This document shows positions 9,962 through 20,762 of a stretch of 51,679 bases of DNA, piece after piece. Made by a program: the position numbers and the translations under genes. The stretch is taken from contig JANWVU010000001.1 of assembly GCA_025056465.1 (NCBI GenBank), positions 1-51,679 on the forward strand. The letters run 5' to 3'. The notes beneath the pieces are model-generated. The model worked only from the letters and a program-made list of their open reading frames with translations, made no database searches and was not told the origin of the DNA. The stretch comes from Verrucomicrobiia bacterium (lineage in GTDB: Bacteria > Verrucomicrobiota > Verrucomicrobiia > Palsa-1439). Numbering within the stretch: position 1 is the stretch's first letter; each line of letters begins with the position of its first letter.

Positions 9962-12292
9962 ATGGTCACAACTTCAACTTCCCCTGCTTCTTCCAAACCG
10001 TCGCCGGTACGGTTAAGCGACATGCGGCCGCGATTCGAACCGTACGTCATCGATTGCGGGGAGATACCGGCTTTCCAATTCAAGGGTCGGTTGCGTGATT
10101 TGTTGGCGGCCCGTCAGATCACAGCGGCGGAAGCGGTCGCAATCTTGGAGGATATGCTGATCATTCGCGAGTTTGAGGAGATGATCGTCAAACTGCGGTC
10201 GGGTGCCTACACGCCGTTACCGGACTTCAACTATCGGGGGCCAACACACGTTTCCATCGGCCAGGAGGGCTGTGCGGTGGGCGCGTGCGCGCCGTTGACG
10301 ATTCGCGATAAAATCACCAGCACGCACCGGGGGCACGGCGAGTCGTTGGCGAAGGGCACCGTGGCGATTCGGGCGATGACGGAAGCGCAGTTGCGACAGC
10401 GCGTGCCTCACAGTCGCGCCACGACGCGGGAGCAACTCATTGAAGAGGCGTTGGAGGAGCATTTGTACCGCACGATCTGTGAGTTGTTCGGTAAGGACGA
10501 CGGATACTGCCGGGGTCGGGGCGGCTCGATGCACATCGCGGACTTCACTGTGGGACACCTCGGTGCCAACGCGATTGTGGGTGGCGGCACGCCGATCGCG
10601 ACAGGTGCCGCGATGGCGTTGCGGTATCTGCGCGAGGATGCGGTGGTCTGTTGTTTTGCGGGTGACGGCGCGTTTTCCAACGGTGTCGCGTTGGAATCGT
10701 TGAACTGGGCGACGCAGCAGCAGTTCACCAATCACTACGCGGGAGATCACCGGTTTGGATTGCCGATTATTTTTCTGGTCATCAACAACCACTACGGCAT
10801 GACCCACCGGACCGATGACGAAGTGACCGGGATCGAGCGCATCGCGCGTCGCGCAGCGGGCTTTGCCGATAACAACATGCATGCCGAGGTGGTCAACGGC
10901 ATGGATGTGCTCGCGGTGCGCGATGCGGTGCAGCGCGCCATGCGACTGTGCAAAGCCGGGCAGGGACCGGTGTTTCTGGATGTAGATTGCTACCGGTACT
11001 TCGGTCACTCGCTGAGCGATCCACGGGTGGAGTATCGCACGAAAGAAGAGGAGGCGGCGTGGCGGGCTGTGGATCCGATTGAGACGTTCAAGGCGCAACT
11101 GCGTGAGGCCGGTGTCTTGGATGAAGCCGGTATCGCAGCCATCGAGGAGCGCGTGCGGGAGCGCAACGCGCGTGCGGCCAAACGCGCGGCGGCAGCGGCG
11201 GACCCTGCGCCGCAGGATGTGTTGAAGTTCATGTACACCGACACCCGCTGCGACACGGTGCCGGCTGAGTTCGCGAAGGTCGAAATCCTGCAGCCACTGA
11301 CGGATCTGAAACGTGTCAATGGCCAGCTCACGTACAAGGACGCGATCCGCGAGGCGTTGTACGAGGAGATGGCGCGCGACCGACGCGTGATTTTCTACGG
11401 CGAAGATGTGGCGGATTACGGCGGGGCATTCAAGGTGACGAAAGGGTTGCTGGAGGCGTTTGGGCGCGAGCGCGTGTTCAACACGCCCATCAGCGAGGCG
11501 TGTATTTGCGGCACGGCAGTTGGGGCGGCAATGGTGGGGCTGCGGCCGGTGGTCGAGTTGATGTATTTCGATTTTGCGCTGATGAGCAGCGACCAAATCA
11601 GCAATCAGGCCGCCAAATGGCATTACATGAGCGGCGCGCAAACGGAGGTGCCGTTGGTCTACCGGGTCAGCGCCGGGGCCGGTAAGGGTTATGGAGGACA
11701 GCACAGCCAGACGTTGGAAGCGATGTTTTGCCACATCCCGGGTTTGTATGTGGTGTACCCGGCCACACCGGCCGATGCGAAAGGATTGCTGAAGTCCGCC
11801 ATCCGCGACAACAACCCGGTGTTGTTCATTGAGAGTCAGGGCCTGTACGGCATGAAGGGACCGGTGCCCGAGGGGGATTATCTCGTGCCGATTGGTGTGG
11901 CCAACGTCTTGCGGGAAGGCAGCGACCTGACGTTCGTGGCCTGGGGGCCGGTAGTCCATGATTGCTTGAAAGCCGCCGAGAAGTTGAAAGCCGACCGGGG
12001 TGTGAGCTGCGAGGTGATTGATCTGCGCAGTCTGGTGCCGCTGGACCTGGAAACGGTATTGCGGTCGGTGCAAAAAACCGGTCGCTGTGTGGTTGCCAGT
12101 CAGGCCGTTCACATTGGCAGTTACACCGGTGAGATTGCCAGCGCCATACAAGAGGCGGTGTTTGACTATCTGGATGCGCCCGTCAAACGGGTCGGCGCCA
12201 AAAACGGTATCGCTCCGCAGAGCCATGTGTTGGAGGCCGCTTTCCTACCCAGCATCCAAGACCTCGTGGACGCCGCCACGGCGATTCTCTGA
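9962..12292 (+). CDS. 2-oxoacid dehydrogenase E1 component, fused alpha+beta subunits (TPP-dependent)
   Basis: 776 aa. The N-terminal half has the E1-alpha TPP motif ('FAGDGAFSNG...NNHYGM'). The C-terminal half is E1-beta-like ('FNTPISEACICGTAVGAA', transketolase C-terminal-type end). Confidence 0.9.
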   Translation: MVTTSTSPASSKPSPVRLSDMRPRFEPYVIDCGEIPAFQFKGRLRDLLAARQITAAEAVAILEDMLIIREFEEMIVKLRSGAYTPLPDFNYRGPTHVSIGQEGCAVGACAPLTIRDKITSTHRGHGESLAKGTVAIRAMTEAQLRQRVPHSRATTREQLIEEALEEHLYRTICELFGKDDGYCRGRGGSMHIADFTVGHLGANAIVGGGTPIATGAAMALRYLREDAVVCCFAGDGAFSNGVALESLNWATQQQFTNHYAGDHRFGLPIIFLVINNHYGMTHRTDDEVTGIERIARRAAGFADNNMHAEVVNGMDVLAVRDAVQRAMRLCKAGQGPVFLDVDCYRYFGHSLSDPRVEYRTKEEEAAWRAVDPIETFKAQLREAGVLDEAGIAAIEERVRERNARAAKRAAAAADPAPQDVLKFMYTDTRCDTVPAEFAKVEILQPLTDLKRVNGQLTYKDAIREALYEEMARDRRVIFYGEDVADYGGAFKVTKGLLEAFGRERVFNTPISEACICGTAVGAAMVGLRPVVELMYFDFALMSSDQISNQAAKWHYMSGAQTEVPLVYRVSAGAGKGYGGQHSQTLEAMFCHIPGLYVVYPATPADAKGLLKSAIRDNNPVLFIESQGLYGMKGPVPEGDYLVPIGVANVLREGSDLTFVAWGPVVHDCLKAAEKLKADRGVSCEVIDLRSLVPLDLETVLRSVQKTGRCVVASQAVHIGSYTGEIASAIQEAVFDYLDAPVKRVGAKNGIAPQSHVLEAAFLPSIQDLVDAATAIL

Positions 12293-12295
12293 GCC

Positions 12296-13630
12296 ATGCC
12301 AAATCCCATCATCATGCCGAAGTTTGGTCAGATGACCGAGGAAAGCGCCATTGTTGAGTGGCGCAAGAAAGAGGGTGAACGCGTCGCGAAGGGCGACGTG
12401 TTGTTCACCGTCGAAACCGACAAGTCGGTAATGGAGGCGGAAAGTTTCTTTGATGGCGTGCTGCTCAAAATCGTCGTTCCGCCCGGTGTGAATGTGCCCG
12501 TGCAAAGCGTGGTCGGTTGGATTGGCGAACCGGGTGAGGCAATCCCGGAGACACCGCCTCCGCCCCGACCGGCTGCCAAACCGGCTACGGCGACAGCGGT
12601 CGCGGGGGCTGCGGCCGCTGCCAGGGCGCCGGTAGCCGAGACACCGACGGTTATCGTACCGGCGGCGGTGACCGCCCAAACACCCAGTGCGCCGGCACGG
12701 TTCCGCATTTCTCCGCGCGCGCGTCGGCTCGCGCGAGAGTGCGGGATTGATCCGACGAAGATTACCGGCAGTGGACCGGGTGGTCGGATAACCGAGCGGG
12801 ATGTGCGCGCTTATTTGATGGCGCACGATTACGACCGTCTGCGCATCACACCGGCGGCGAAAGCGTTGGCAATTCGCGAGGGGATTGATGTCTTGTCGCT
12901 TCGGAAAGACGGGGAGCGGGTCACCGTGGCGGATGTCGAGCGCGCAATCGCCGAGAAACCGAAACCACTCAGCCGGATGCGGCAGGTGATTGCGCAGCGA
13001 TTGCTTCAGAGCAAACTGACCCAGCCGCATTTTTATGTGACCGTCAGTGTGGACATGACGGAGTTGATTGCCTACCGCAACGGTTTGAAAGCGTCGGGGC
13101 TGCCGTACACGATTACGGATTTCATTTCGATGGCTGTGGTGCGCACGTTGCAGGAGTTCCCCACGGTGAACAGCAGCACGGACGGTAAAACCGTTCGTTG
13201 GTACAGCCATGTAAATCTGGGGTTGGCGGTTTCGATTGAGGGTGGGCTGGTGGTGCCGGTGATTCATCAGGCCGAGATGTTGACGTTGCGCGAGATTTGC
13301 GACCGTTCCAAGCAGCTCGCCGAAAAAGCACGCGCCGGTAAGTTGACACCCGACGAAATGAGCGGCGGCACCTTTACCATTTCCAACATGGGGATGCTGA
13401 ACGTGGAGAACTTTGCGGCGATCATCAACCCCGGTGAGGGCGGGATTTTGGCGGTGGCCAGCACGCAAAAACAGCCGGTCGTGCGCGACGATCAAATCGT
13501 GATTCGGCAGATGATGAAGATGACGTTGAGCGTGGATCACCGGTTGGTGGACGGCGCATTGGCCGCGCAATTTCTCAATTCGATCAAACAGAAATTGGAG
13601 GATTTGGATCTGTGGAAAACTATGACCTGA
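12296..13630 (+). CDS. dihydrolipoamide acyltransferase (E2)
   Basis: Lipoyl domain with 'VETDKSVME'. E3-binding domain 'ISPRARRLARECGIDPTKITGSGPGGRIT'. Catalytic domain with 'SVDHRLVDGA'. Confidence 0.92.
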   Translation: MPNPIIMPKFGQMTEESAIVEWRKKEGERVAKGDVLFTVETDKSVMEAESFFDGVLLKIVVPPGVNVPVQSVVGWIGEPGEAIPETPPPPRPAAKPATATAVAGAAAAARAPVAETPTVIVPAAVTAQTPSAPARFRISPRARRLARECGIDPTKITGSGPGGRITERDVRAYLMAHDYDRLRITPAAKALAIREGIDVLSLRKDGERVTVADVERAIAEKPKPLSRMRQVIAQRLLQSKLTQPHFYVTVSVDMTELIAYRNGLKASGLPYTITDFISMAVVRTLQEFPTVNSSTDGKTVRWYSHVNLGLAVSIEGGLVVPVIHQAEMLTLREICDRSKQLAEKARAGKLTPDEMSGGTFTISNMGMLNVENFAAIINPGEGGILAVASTQKQPVVRDDQIVIRQMMKMTLSVDHRLVDGALAAQFLNSIKQKLEDLDLWKTMT

Positions 13631-14991
13631 TCGTTATCGGTGCCGGACCCGGTGGGTATCCCGCCGCCATTCGCGGGGCGCAGTTGGGTGCGCGGGTGGC
13701 CATCGTGGAGCGCGAACAGCTTGGCGGGACGTGTTTGAATTGGGGATGCATTCCGACGAAAGCGCTCATTCATGCCGCCAATGTGTTCGCGACGGTTCAG
13801 CACGCTGACCGGTTTGGCATCAAAGCGGTGATTCAGACCGTGGACTATGCCGGCATGATTGCGCACAAGGACAAGGTGGTTGGTCAACTTCGTGGGGGGA
13901 TTCGGCAATTGCTCGCCGCCAACGGCGTGACGCAGCTCACCGGCACCGCGCGATTTGTTGACCGCCAAACGTTGGCCGTGGGAGACCAACGAGTGCGCGC
14001 ACAAAAAATCATCATCGCTACCGGCTCAACCTCCGCAATGCCGTCGAACCTACCGGCTTCACCGCGCATCGTGGAGAGTCGCGGATTTTTGGAGCGGTCC
14101 AGTCTGCCGTCGTCGTTGCTGGTGATGGGCGGAGGTTACATCGGTTGCGAACTGGCCTGCATGGCGGCGTTGTTGGGCGTGAAGGTGACGATTGTGGAGT
14201 TGTTGGAGGATATCTTGTTGTTGCTGGATGCCGATGTGCGGCGCGAGGTCCGACAGGTTATGGAACAGCAACTGGGGATTCGCATCCTGACCGGCCAGCC
14301 GATGGAGAAAATTGTGGCCTCCGACCGCGACGTCAGCGCACAGGTTGGCAACGAAACGGTGCGCGCGGACTTGTTGTTAGTTGCAGTGGGACGAAAGCCG
14401 GTGACGGATGGTTTGGACCTGGCTGCAGCGGGGGTGAAAACCGATGACAAGGGATTTATCCCGGTAGACGAATTTGGGTGCACCAATGTGGCGACGATTT
14501 ATGCGGTGGGCGACGTTACCGGTCGGACTCAGTTAGCGCACAACGCAACCTCTCAAGGGATTCGCGCGGCGGAGAATGCATTGGGCAAAGCTCGCAGCCG
14601 GTATGAGTCGTTGGTGCCCGGTGTGATTTTTACGGTGCCAGAGGTCGCGTTGGTTGGGATGACGGAAACCGAGGCGAAAGCAAAGAATCGCGCGGTGCGG
14701 GTGGGGAAGTTCCGCTTCGGTGGTTTGGGACGTGCCATCGCGGTCGGGGAGACAATCGGATTCGTGAAGTGGATTGTGGACGAGGCCACCGATCAGTTGG
14801 TGGGCGCGGCGGCGGTCGGACCTCATGCCACGGAGTTGATCGCGGAAGCGACAGTGGCCATTCGCAGTGAGTTGACCGCGCGAGAGCTGGGACGGACAAT
14901 CCACGCTCATCCGACATTCAGCGAAGTGTGGATGGAAGCAGCCCACGCGGTGCATCACGAGTGCGTGCATGCGCCGCCGCGACGCAAATAG
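13612..14991 (+). CDS. lpdA: dihydrolipoyl dehydrogenase (E3)
   Basis: 'YDLIVIGAGPGGY', redox disulfide 'GGTCLNWGCIPTK' and C-terminal 'HAHPTFSE'. GTG start overlaps the E2 3' end by 19 nt. Confidence 0.93.
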   Translation: MENYDLIVIGAGPGGYPAAIRGAQLGARVAIVEREQLGGTCLNWGCIPTKALIHAANVFATVQHADRFGIKAVIQTVDYAGMIAHKDKVVGQLRGGIRQLLAANGVTQLTGTARFVDRQTLAVGDQRVRAQKIIIATGSTSAMPSNLPASPRIVESRGFLERSSLPSSLLVMGGGYIGCELACMAALLGVKVTIVELLEDILLLLDADVRREVRQVMEQQLGIRILTGQPMEKIVASDRDVSAQVGNETVRADLLLVAVGRKPVTDGLDLAAAGVKTDDKGFIPVDEFGCTNVATIYAVGDVTGRTQLAHNATSQGIRAAENALGKARSRYESLVPGVIFTVPEVALVGMTETEAKAKNRAVRVGKFRFGGLGRAIAVGETIGFVKWIVDEATDQLVGAAAVGPHATELIAEATVAIRSELTARELGRTIHAHPTFSEVWMEAAHAVHHECVHAPPRRK

Positions 14992-15984
<993 letters not shown>

Positions 15985-16032
15985 CCACGCGACGCCGAAG
16001 CTACGTTGGGCGGATGATGCTCGCTTGATGCA

Positions 16033-17064
16033 TCAAGGGTATTTGGCCGGTAGGGCGCGGCCTTTGCGCGCGCTTTGAACGGCGAGGTCAATGATGTGAA
16101 TGGGTCGGCGCGCCCACTCGCCGGTGATGACCAGTTTCTCGCCCTTGGTGAGATGGTTGGCGATGTTTTGGTAGAACCGCCAACCCTCGGGTTGCGGGTT
16201 GGGGTATCGCGTGGTCGTGGTGGTGTTGCCGTCACGCGTGATGAATTCGTTGGCGTGAAAATCAATGATGTAACTGCCCTTCGTGCCGGTAATCTCCAGC
16301 ATGCCACGTTTGGGGTTGGAATCGATTGTGGTGATGGTCAACGTCAGCCATTGCCCTGACCGGAATCTCACCACGGCGAACCCCTCATCCTCAATCGTGT
16401 CTTCTTTCCACTTGGTCTGCGGTGCCCAAAAGCCAGTTTTGACGAAGCCGGCAACCTCGGTAATCGGCGCCGTGATCAATTGCAGCGCGTACTCGAGTAG
16501 ATGACAGCCCCAATCGTACAACACGCCGCCGGATATAGAACGACTGGAGCGCCACCAATCACCCGGTTTGCCGTAGGCGCCCATGTGTGCTTCGATGCGG
16601 ATGGTTTCACCCCACAAACCCTCCTGTTGATGTTTGACGGCCTGCATGATCCAACCGTCCCAGTGCCGGTTATGGTAGGTGGAGATCACGACTCCGTTCT
16701 TTTTGGCCGCTGCGATCATCGCGTCGCATTCGGCCGTTGTGATCGCCATGGGTTTTTCGCACACCACGTGCCGACCGGCTTTCAGCGCCTCGAGGGCGAG
16801 TTTTGCGTGCGAGTTGTGGGGGGTGATGATCGTGACGAGGTTGACGTCTGACTTTTTCAACATCTCTGTGAGTGACCGGTAGGTCTCGATACCGGGGAAA
16901 TCTTGCTCGGCGACCTTGAGGCGCTCGGGGTCAATCTCCGCAACAGCAACCGGGGTCATACCGGCCTGTTTCATTTCATTGAGATGATGGCGGCCCATGT
17001 TGAACGCGCCACCGTATCCGACGACGCCAACTTTGATCTCGGCTGCAGAAGCAAATCGTTTCAT
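16033..17064 (-). CDS. Gfo/Idh/MocA family oxidoreductase
   Basis: Rossmann start 'IKVGVVGYGG' and 'VVCEKPMA'. Start is uncertain: either ATG 17064, or GTG 17097 forming a GTGA overlap with the trxB stop. Confidence 0.85.
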   Translation of the reverse strand: MKRFASAAEIKVGVVGYGGAFNMGRHHLNEMKQAGMTPVAVAEIDPERLKVAEQDFPGIETYRSLTEMLKKSDVNLVTIITPHNSHAKLALEALKAGRHVVCEKPMAITTAECDAMIAAAKKNGVVISTYHNRHWDGWIMQAVKHQQEGLWGETIRIEAHMGAYGKPGDWWRSSRSISGGVLYDWGCHLLEYALQLITAPITEVAGFVKTGFWAPQTKWKEDTIEDEGFAVVRFRSGQWLTLTITTIDSNPKRGMLEITGTKGSYIIDFHANEFITRDGNTTTTTRYPNPQPEGWRFYQNIANHLTKGEKLVITGEWARRPIHIIDLAVQSARKGRALPAKYP

Positions 17065-17093
17065 TTCTCCCTTTCGAATGGTTGGAATGGATG

Positions 17094-18029
17094 TCACGCA
17101 CGCTGAGCGCTCAGGTATCGCTCCGCGTCAATGGCAGCGGCGCAACCGCTGCCGGCCGCCGTGACCGCTTGCCGGTAGGTGCGGTCCACACAATCGCCCG
17201 CCGCGAACACCCCCGGCACGCTCGTCGCCGTGCTGCCGGGGCGACAAATAATGTAACCGTCCTCGGCCAAATCGATCTGACCTTTAAAAATAGTTGTATT
17301 GGGCACATGCCCGATGGCGATAAACACCCCGGCACATCCCAGCTCGCGCTCGGCACCGGTTTTCACGTTTCTCAACCGCACGCCAGTGACCTTGTCCTGT
17401 TTCACATCCAAAATCTCCGTTACCACCGAATCCCAAATCGGCTCGATTTTCGGGTTGGACAAAGCGCGTTCAGCCATGATTTTTGAGGCGCGCAACTGGT
17501 CGCGTCGGTGCACCAGGTACACACGCGACGCGAACCGTGTCAGGTAGGTGGCTTCTTCACAAGCCGAGTCACCGCCCCCGACGACCACCAACGGCTGGTT
17601 CCGAAACATCGGCAGTGCACCATCGCAGGTCGCGCAGTAGGTCACACCCTTTTTCTCCAATAACTTCTCGCTCTCCAAACCCAGATGCCGATGCGATGCA
17701 CCGGAGGCGATGATCACCGTGCGCGATTCCCACAATTGGTCATCGGCCCACACGCGAAAAGGTCGTTGCGAAAAATCTACTCGGGTCACCAACGCGCCAT
17801 ACTCTGTGCGCGCGCCAAAACGCTCGGCTTGTTTCTGCATCCGCATCATCAACTCGGTACCGTCAATGCCCTCGGGGAAACCGGGATAGTTTTCTACGAT
17901 GCTGGTGGTGGTGAGCAGCCCACCGGGTTGGGCACCGGTCAACACCACCGGTCGCAAGTTCGCGCGCGCGGTGTACAGCGCCGCGGTCCAGCCTGCACAA
18001 CCGGAACCGATGATGATTACGTTTTCCAT
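17094..18029 (-). CDS. trxB: thioredoxin-disulfide reductase
   Basis: 'VIIIGSGCAGWTAA', redox-active 'CATCDG' and 'GVFAAGDC'. ATG at 18029 preferred over the TTG at 18035. Confidence 0.93.
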   Translation of the reverse strand: MENVIIIGSGCAGWTAALYTARANLRPVVLTGAQPGGLLTTTSIVENYPGFPEGIDGTELMMRMQKQAERFGARTEYGALVTRVDFSQRPFRVWADDQLWESRTVIIASGASHRHLGLESEKLLEKKGVTYCATCDGALPMFRNQPLVVVGGGDSACEEATYLTRFASRVYLVHRRDQLRASKIMAERALSNPKIEPIWDSVVTEILDVKQDKVTGVRLRNVKTGAERELGCAGVFIAIGHVPNTTIFKGQIDLAEDGYIICRPGSTATSVPGVFAAGDCVDRTYRQAVTAAGSGCAAAIDAERYLSAQRA

Positions 18030-18208
18030 CGCCAAAACGCTACCGGGGTAAAACAGGCGCGGACACTACCGGCACCCTCCCTGAGGGTCAAGCCCCCCGT
18101 TGCGCCGTCACCTGCTGCTGGAGACAGCGACGCACCGCCCTGAATTTTTCCTTGTGCCAGATTGGGGTGAAAGGTATTGAGCGCCAGCAAAAGGAGAAGC
18201 GTTTCACC

Positions 18209-20410
18209 ATGGCAACCAATCACCGGTGGCACTTTTTTCGCGCAGGGGGATTCGATCAGGTCAATCTCCACAGCGGACTTGACCTCGCCAATCTCGATCA
18301 ACTCGACCCCAAACTTTGGGTCGCGCTCGCCTGCCCGGTGCAGGGACTGGAGTTCGACTCCCGCACGTTGCAGTTGATGGACACCGATGGCGACGGCCGG
18401 TTGCGCGTTCCCGAAATCATCGCCGCTGCCAAATGGACGTGTTCGTGCCTCAAGAATCCCGATGAGTTGTTTCGCCCCAACGGCGCGTTGCCGCTCGGTG
18501 CGATCAATGATCAGACAGAGGATGGTAAACGACTCTTGTCGTCGGCTAAACAAATCCTGCGTGATCTCGGCAAACCCAACGCCACGAGCATTACCGTGGA
18601 AGACACGGTGGACACGGTGCGCCTTTTCGCGCAGACGAAGTTCAATGGCGACGGCATCGTCATCGCGGACGCGGCGGAAGATGACTTCACGCGCTCGGTC
18701 ATTCAGGCCGTCATCGATTGTTATGGCGCGGAGACCGATCGCAGTGGCAAGCCCGGTATCAACGAGGCAAAGCTCAACCAATTTTTTGCCGACGCAAAAG
18801 CGCATCTGGAATGGTGGGCTAAAGGTGTGGGCGATCGCAATGTTCTGCCCTTAGGCGAGGCGACACCGGCGGCCGCCGCCTTGGTGCAGCAGCTACGTCC
18901 AAAAATTGACGACTATTTCGCCCGCTGCCGGTTGGCCAGTTACGACGCACGAGCTGTTGGCGTGATCAATCGCGCGGAAAGCGACTATGCTGCTTTCGCC
19001 GCGAAAGATCTCGCGTTGAACATACCGGAATTGTCGGGCTTTCCGCTCGCGCGTGTAGAGCCGGCTCGTCCGTTGCCGTTGGTCGAGGGCGTTAATCCTG
19101 CGTGGGCCGGTATGCTGCGGCAATTTCATCAAACCGTTGTGGAGCCCTTGCTCGGCAAACGCACCGCGCTCACCGAACCCGAGTGGTTGCAAATCCAAGC
19201 CAAGTTGGCGCCTTACGAACAGTGGAGCACCAGCAAGGCCGGGGGCGCGGTGGAAAAATTGGGTCGGGCACGGCTTGAGGAAATCCTCAAGAGCAACGCG
19301 CGCGAAACCATCGCCGCGCTACTGGCAAAAGACCGCGCCCTTGAGCCCGAGTTCAACGCCATCACCGCCGTGGAGCGACTGGTGCGGTACTACCGGGATT
19401 TGGTCCCGCTACTGAAAAACTTCGTATCGTTCGAGCATTTCTATGCACGTAAAACCCCGGCCATCTTCCAGGCCGGCACCCTGTACCTCGACCAACGCGC
19501 TTGCGAGTTGTGTCTGCGCGTGGACGACCCGGCCAAACACGGCGTGCTGGCGGGTTTCAGCCGCTTCTATCTGGCGTACTGCGATTGTGTGCGCAAAGGC
19601 ACCGGCGAAAAAATGACGATCGTCGCCGCGTTCACCAACGGTGATTCCGACAACCTCATCGTGGGGCGAAACGGCGTGTTTTTCGACCGCAAAGGGCGCG
19701 ATTGGGACGCCACCATCACCAAGATCGTGGACAACCCGATCAGCATTCGGCAGGCGTTCTTCGCTCCGTACAAAAAGTTCCTGCGGTTCGTCGAAGAGCA
19801 AATCGCCAAACGAGCCGCCGCTGCCGAGGCCGCCAGCGAACAAAAATTGGCTGCAGCCGCCGAAGCCACGGCCAAAGCAGACCAAACGAAAACCCCGCCC
19901 ACACCGCGCAAGATTGATGTCGGCACCGTGGCGGCCATCGGTGTGGCGGTTGGCGGTATCACGGCGGCGTTCGGTGCGTTGCTGCAAGCATTTTTCGGTT
20001 TGGGCATCTGGATGCCGCTGGGCATTCTCGCGTTGATTTTGGTGATCAGCGGCCCCTCGATGGTGATTGCGTGGCTGAAACTGCGTCAGCGCAACCTCGG
20101 TCCTTTGCTCGATGCCAACGGCTGGGCTGTCAACGCCAAGGCCAAGGTCAGTCTGCCGCTCGGGGCATGTCTGACAGGCATCGCAAAATTGCCACCCGGT
20201 GCCCATCGCGACCTCACCGACCCATACGCGGAGCGAAATACCGGCCGCAACATCGTACTGGCACTGCTGGTCGTGATCATTCTTTTGCTTGGGAGTTGGT
20301 ATTTCGGCTGGTTGCAGAAAGTGTTCCCCGTGCTACCGGCCTCGCCTCGTGCCAAGCCGGCACCGGCGGCCACGACCGATACGCCGCCCCCACCGGCTCC
20401 CCCCAATTGA
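18209..20410 (+). CDS. large hypothetical protein with an EF-hand-like Ca-binding loop and a C-terminal membrane anchor
   Basis: 733 aa from the ATG at 18209. 'DTDGDGRLRVPEI' is a DxDxDG loop. There is an Ala-rich helix and about 3 hydrophobic segments near the C-terminus ('VAAIGVAVGGITAAFGALLQAFFGLGIWMPLGILALILVISGPSMVIAWL', 'IVLALLVVIILLLGSWYFGWL'), then a Pro-rich tail. Confidence 0.7.
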   Translation: MATNHRWHFFRAGGFDQVNLHSGLDLANLDQLDPKLWVALACPVQGLEFDSRTLQLMDTDGDGRLRVPEIIAAAKWTCSCLKNPDELFRPNGALPLGAINDQTEDGKRLLSSAKQILRDLGKPNATSITVEDTVDTVRLFAQTKFNGDGIVIADAAEDDFTRSVIQAVIDCYGAETDRSGKPGINEAKLNQFFADAKAHLEWWAKGVGDRNVLPLGEATPAAAALVQQLRPKIDDYFARCRLASYDARAVGVINRAESDYAAFAAKDLALNIPELSGFPLARVEPARPLPLVEGVNPAWAGMLRQFHQTVVEPLLGKRTALTEPEWLQIQAKLAPYEQWSTSKAGGAVEKLGRARLEEILKSNARETIAALLAKDRALEPEFNAITAVERLVRYYRDLVPLLKNFVSFEHFYARKTPAIFQAGTLYLDQRACELCLRVDDPAKHGVLAGFSRFYLAYCDCVRKGTGEKMTIVAAFTNGDSDNLIVGRNGVFFDRKGRDWDATITKIVDNPISIRQAFFAPYKKFLRFVEEQIAKRAAAAEAASEQKLAAAAEATAKADQTKTPPTPRKIDVGTVAAIGVAVGGITAAFGALLQAFFGLGIWMPLGILALILVISGPSMVIAWLKLRQRNLGPLLDANGWAVNAKAKVSLPLGACLTGIAKLPPGAHRDLTDPYAERNTGRNIVLALLVVIILLLGSWYFGWLQKVFPVLPASPRAKPAPAATTDTPPPPAPPN

Positions 20411-20414
20411 TCGG

Positions 20415-20456
20415 AGAAAAAAAATCCCCCGGCTACCGCGCGGCAGCCGGGGGATT
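20415..20456. terminator. intrinsic terminator hairpin between convergent genes (mainly serving the csp gene)
   Basis: Perfect 10-bp stem TCCCCCGGCT (20425-20434) / AGCCGGGGGA (20445-20454) with a 10-nt loop. An A8 run at 20417-20424 gives a U-tract on the minus strand, just downstream of the csp stop. Confidence 0.65.
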
Positions 20457-20472
20457 GAAGCTTCGTGAGAGG

Positions 20473-20673
20473 TTACTTCACGATGACGTTTTGCGCCTTG
20501 GGTCCTTTCGGTGAGTCCACCAGCTCAAATTCAACCAGTTGACCCTCCTCGAGATTTTTGAAACCCGACCCGTTGATGTTTGAGTAATGCACAAACACGT
20601 CCGGGCCGTTCTCCTGTTGGATGAACCCGAAACCTTTCTTCGTGTCGAACCACTTCACTTTTCCTGATGCCAT
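20473..20673 (-). CDS. cold-shock protein (CspA family)
   Basis: 66 aa. '[15 protein letters not shown]' and 'DVFVHYS' are the RNP1/RNP2 motifs. The ORF-track N-terminal extension was discarded. Confidence 0.93.
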   Translation of the reverse strand: MASGKVKWFDTKKGFGFIQQENGPDVFVHYSNINGSGFKNLEEGQLVEFELVDSPKGPKAQNVIVK

Positions 20674-20762
20674 ACGTCCTTTCTCCTCTGTCTCAGTCCG
20701 GCTTACGAAAACGCCGCTCCGCGTCTTTCGGAACGGCGTCGCACTCCAAAGACTTCGCGCGG

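Noticed and set aside
10217-12226. 669-aa ORF antisense to the E1 gene
   Set aside because: The + strand frame has unmistakable TPP-enzyme motifs. The antisense translation is Arg/His/Gln/Pro-rich low-complexity sequence, typical of stop-poor shadow frames in GC-rich DNA.
12245-13570. 441-aa ORF antisense to the E2 gene
   Set aside because: Same reasoning: E2 lipoyl, PSBD and catalytic motifs are on the + strand, and the antisense product has no recognisable motif.
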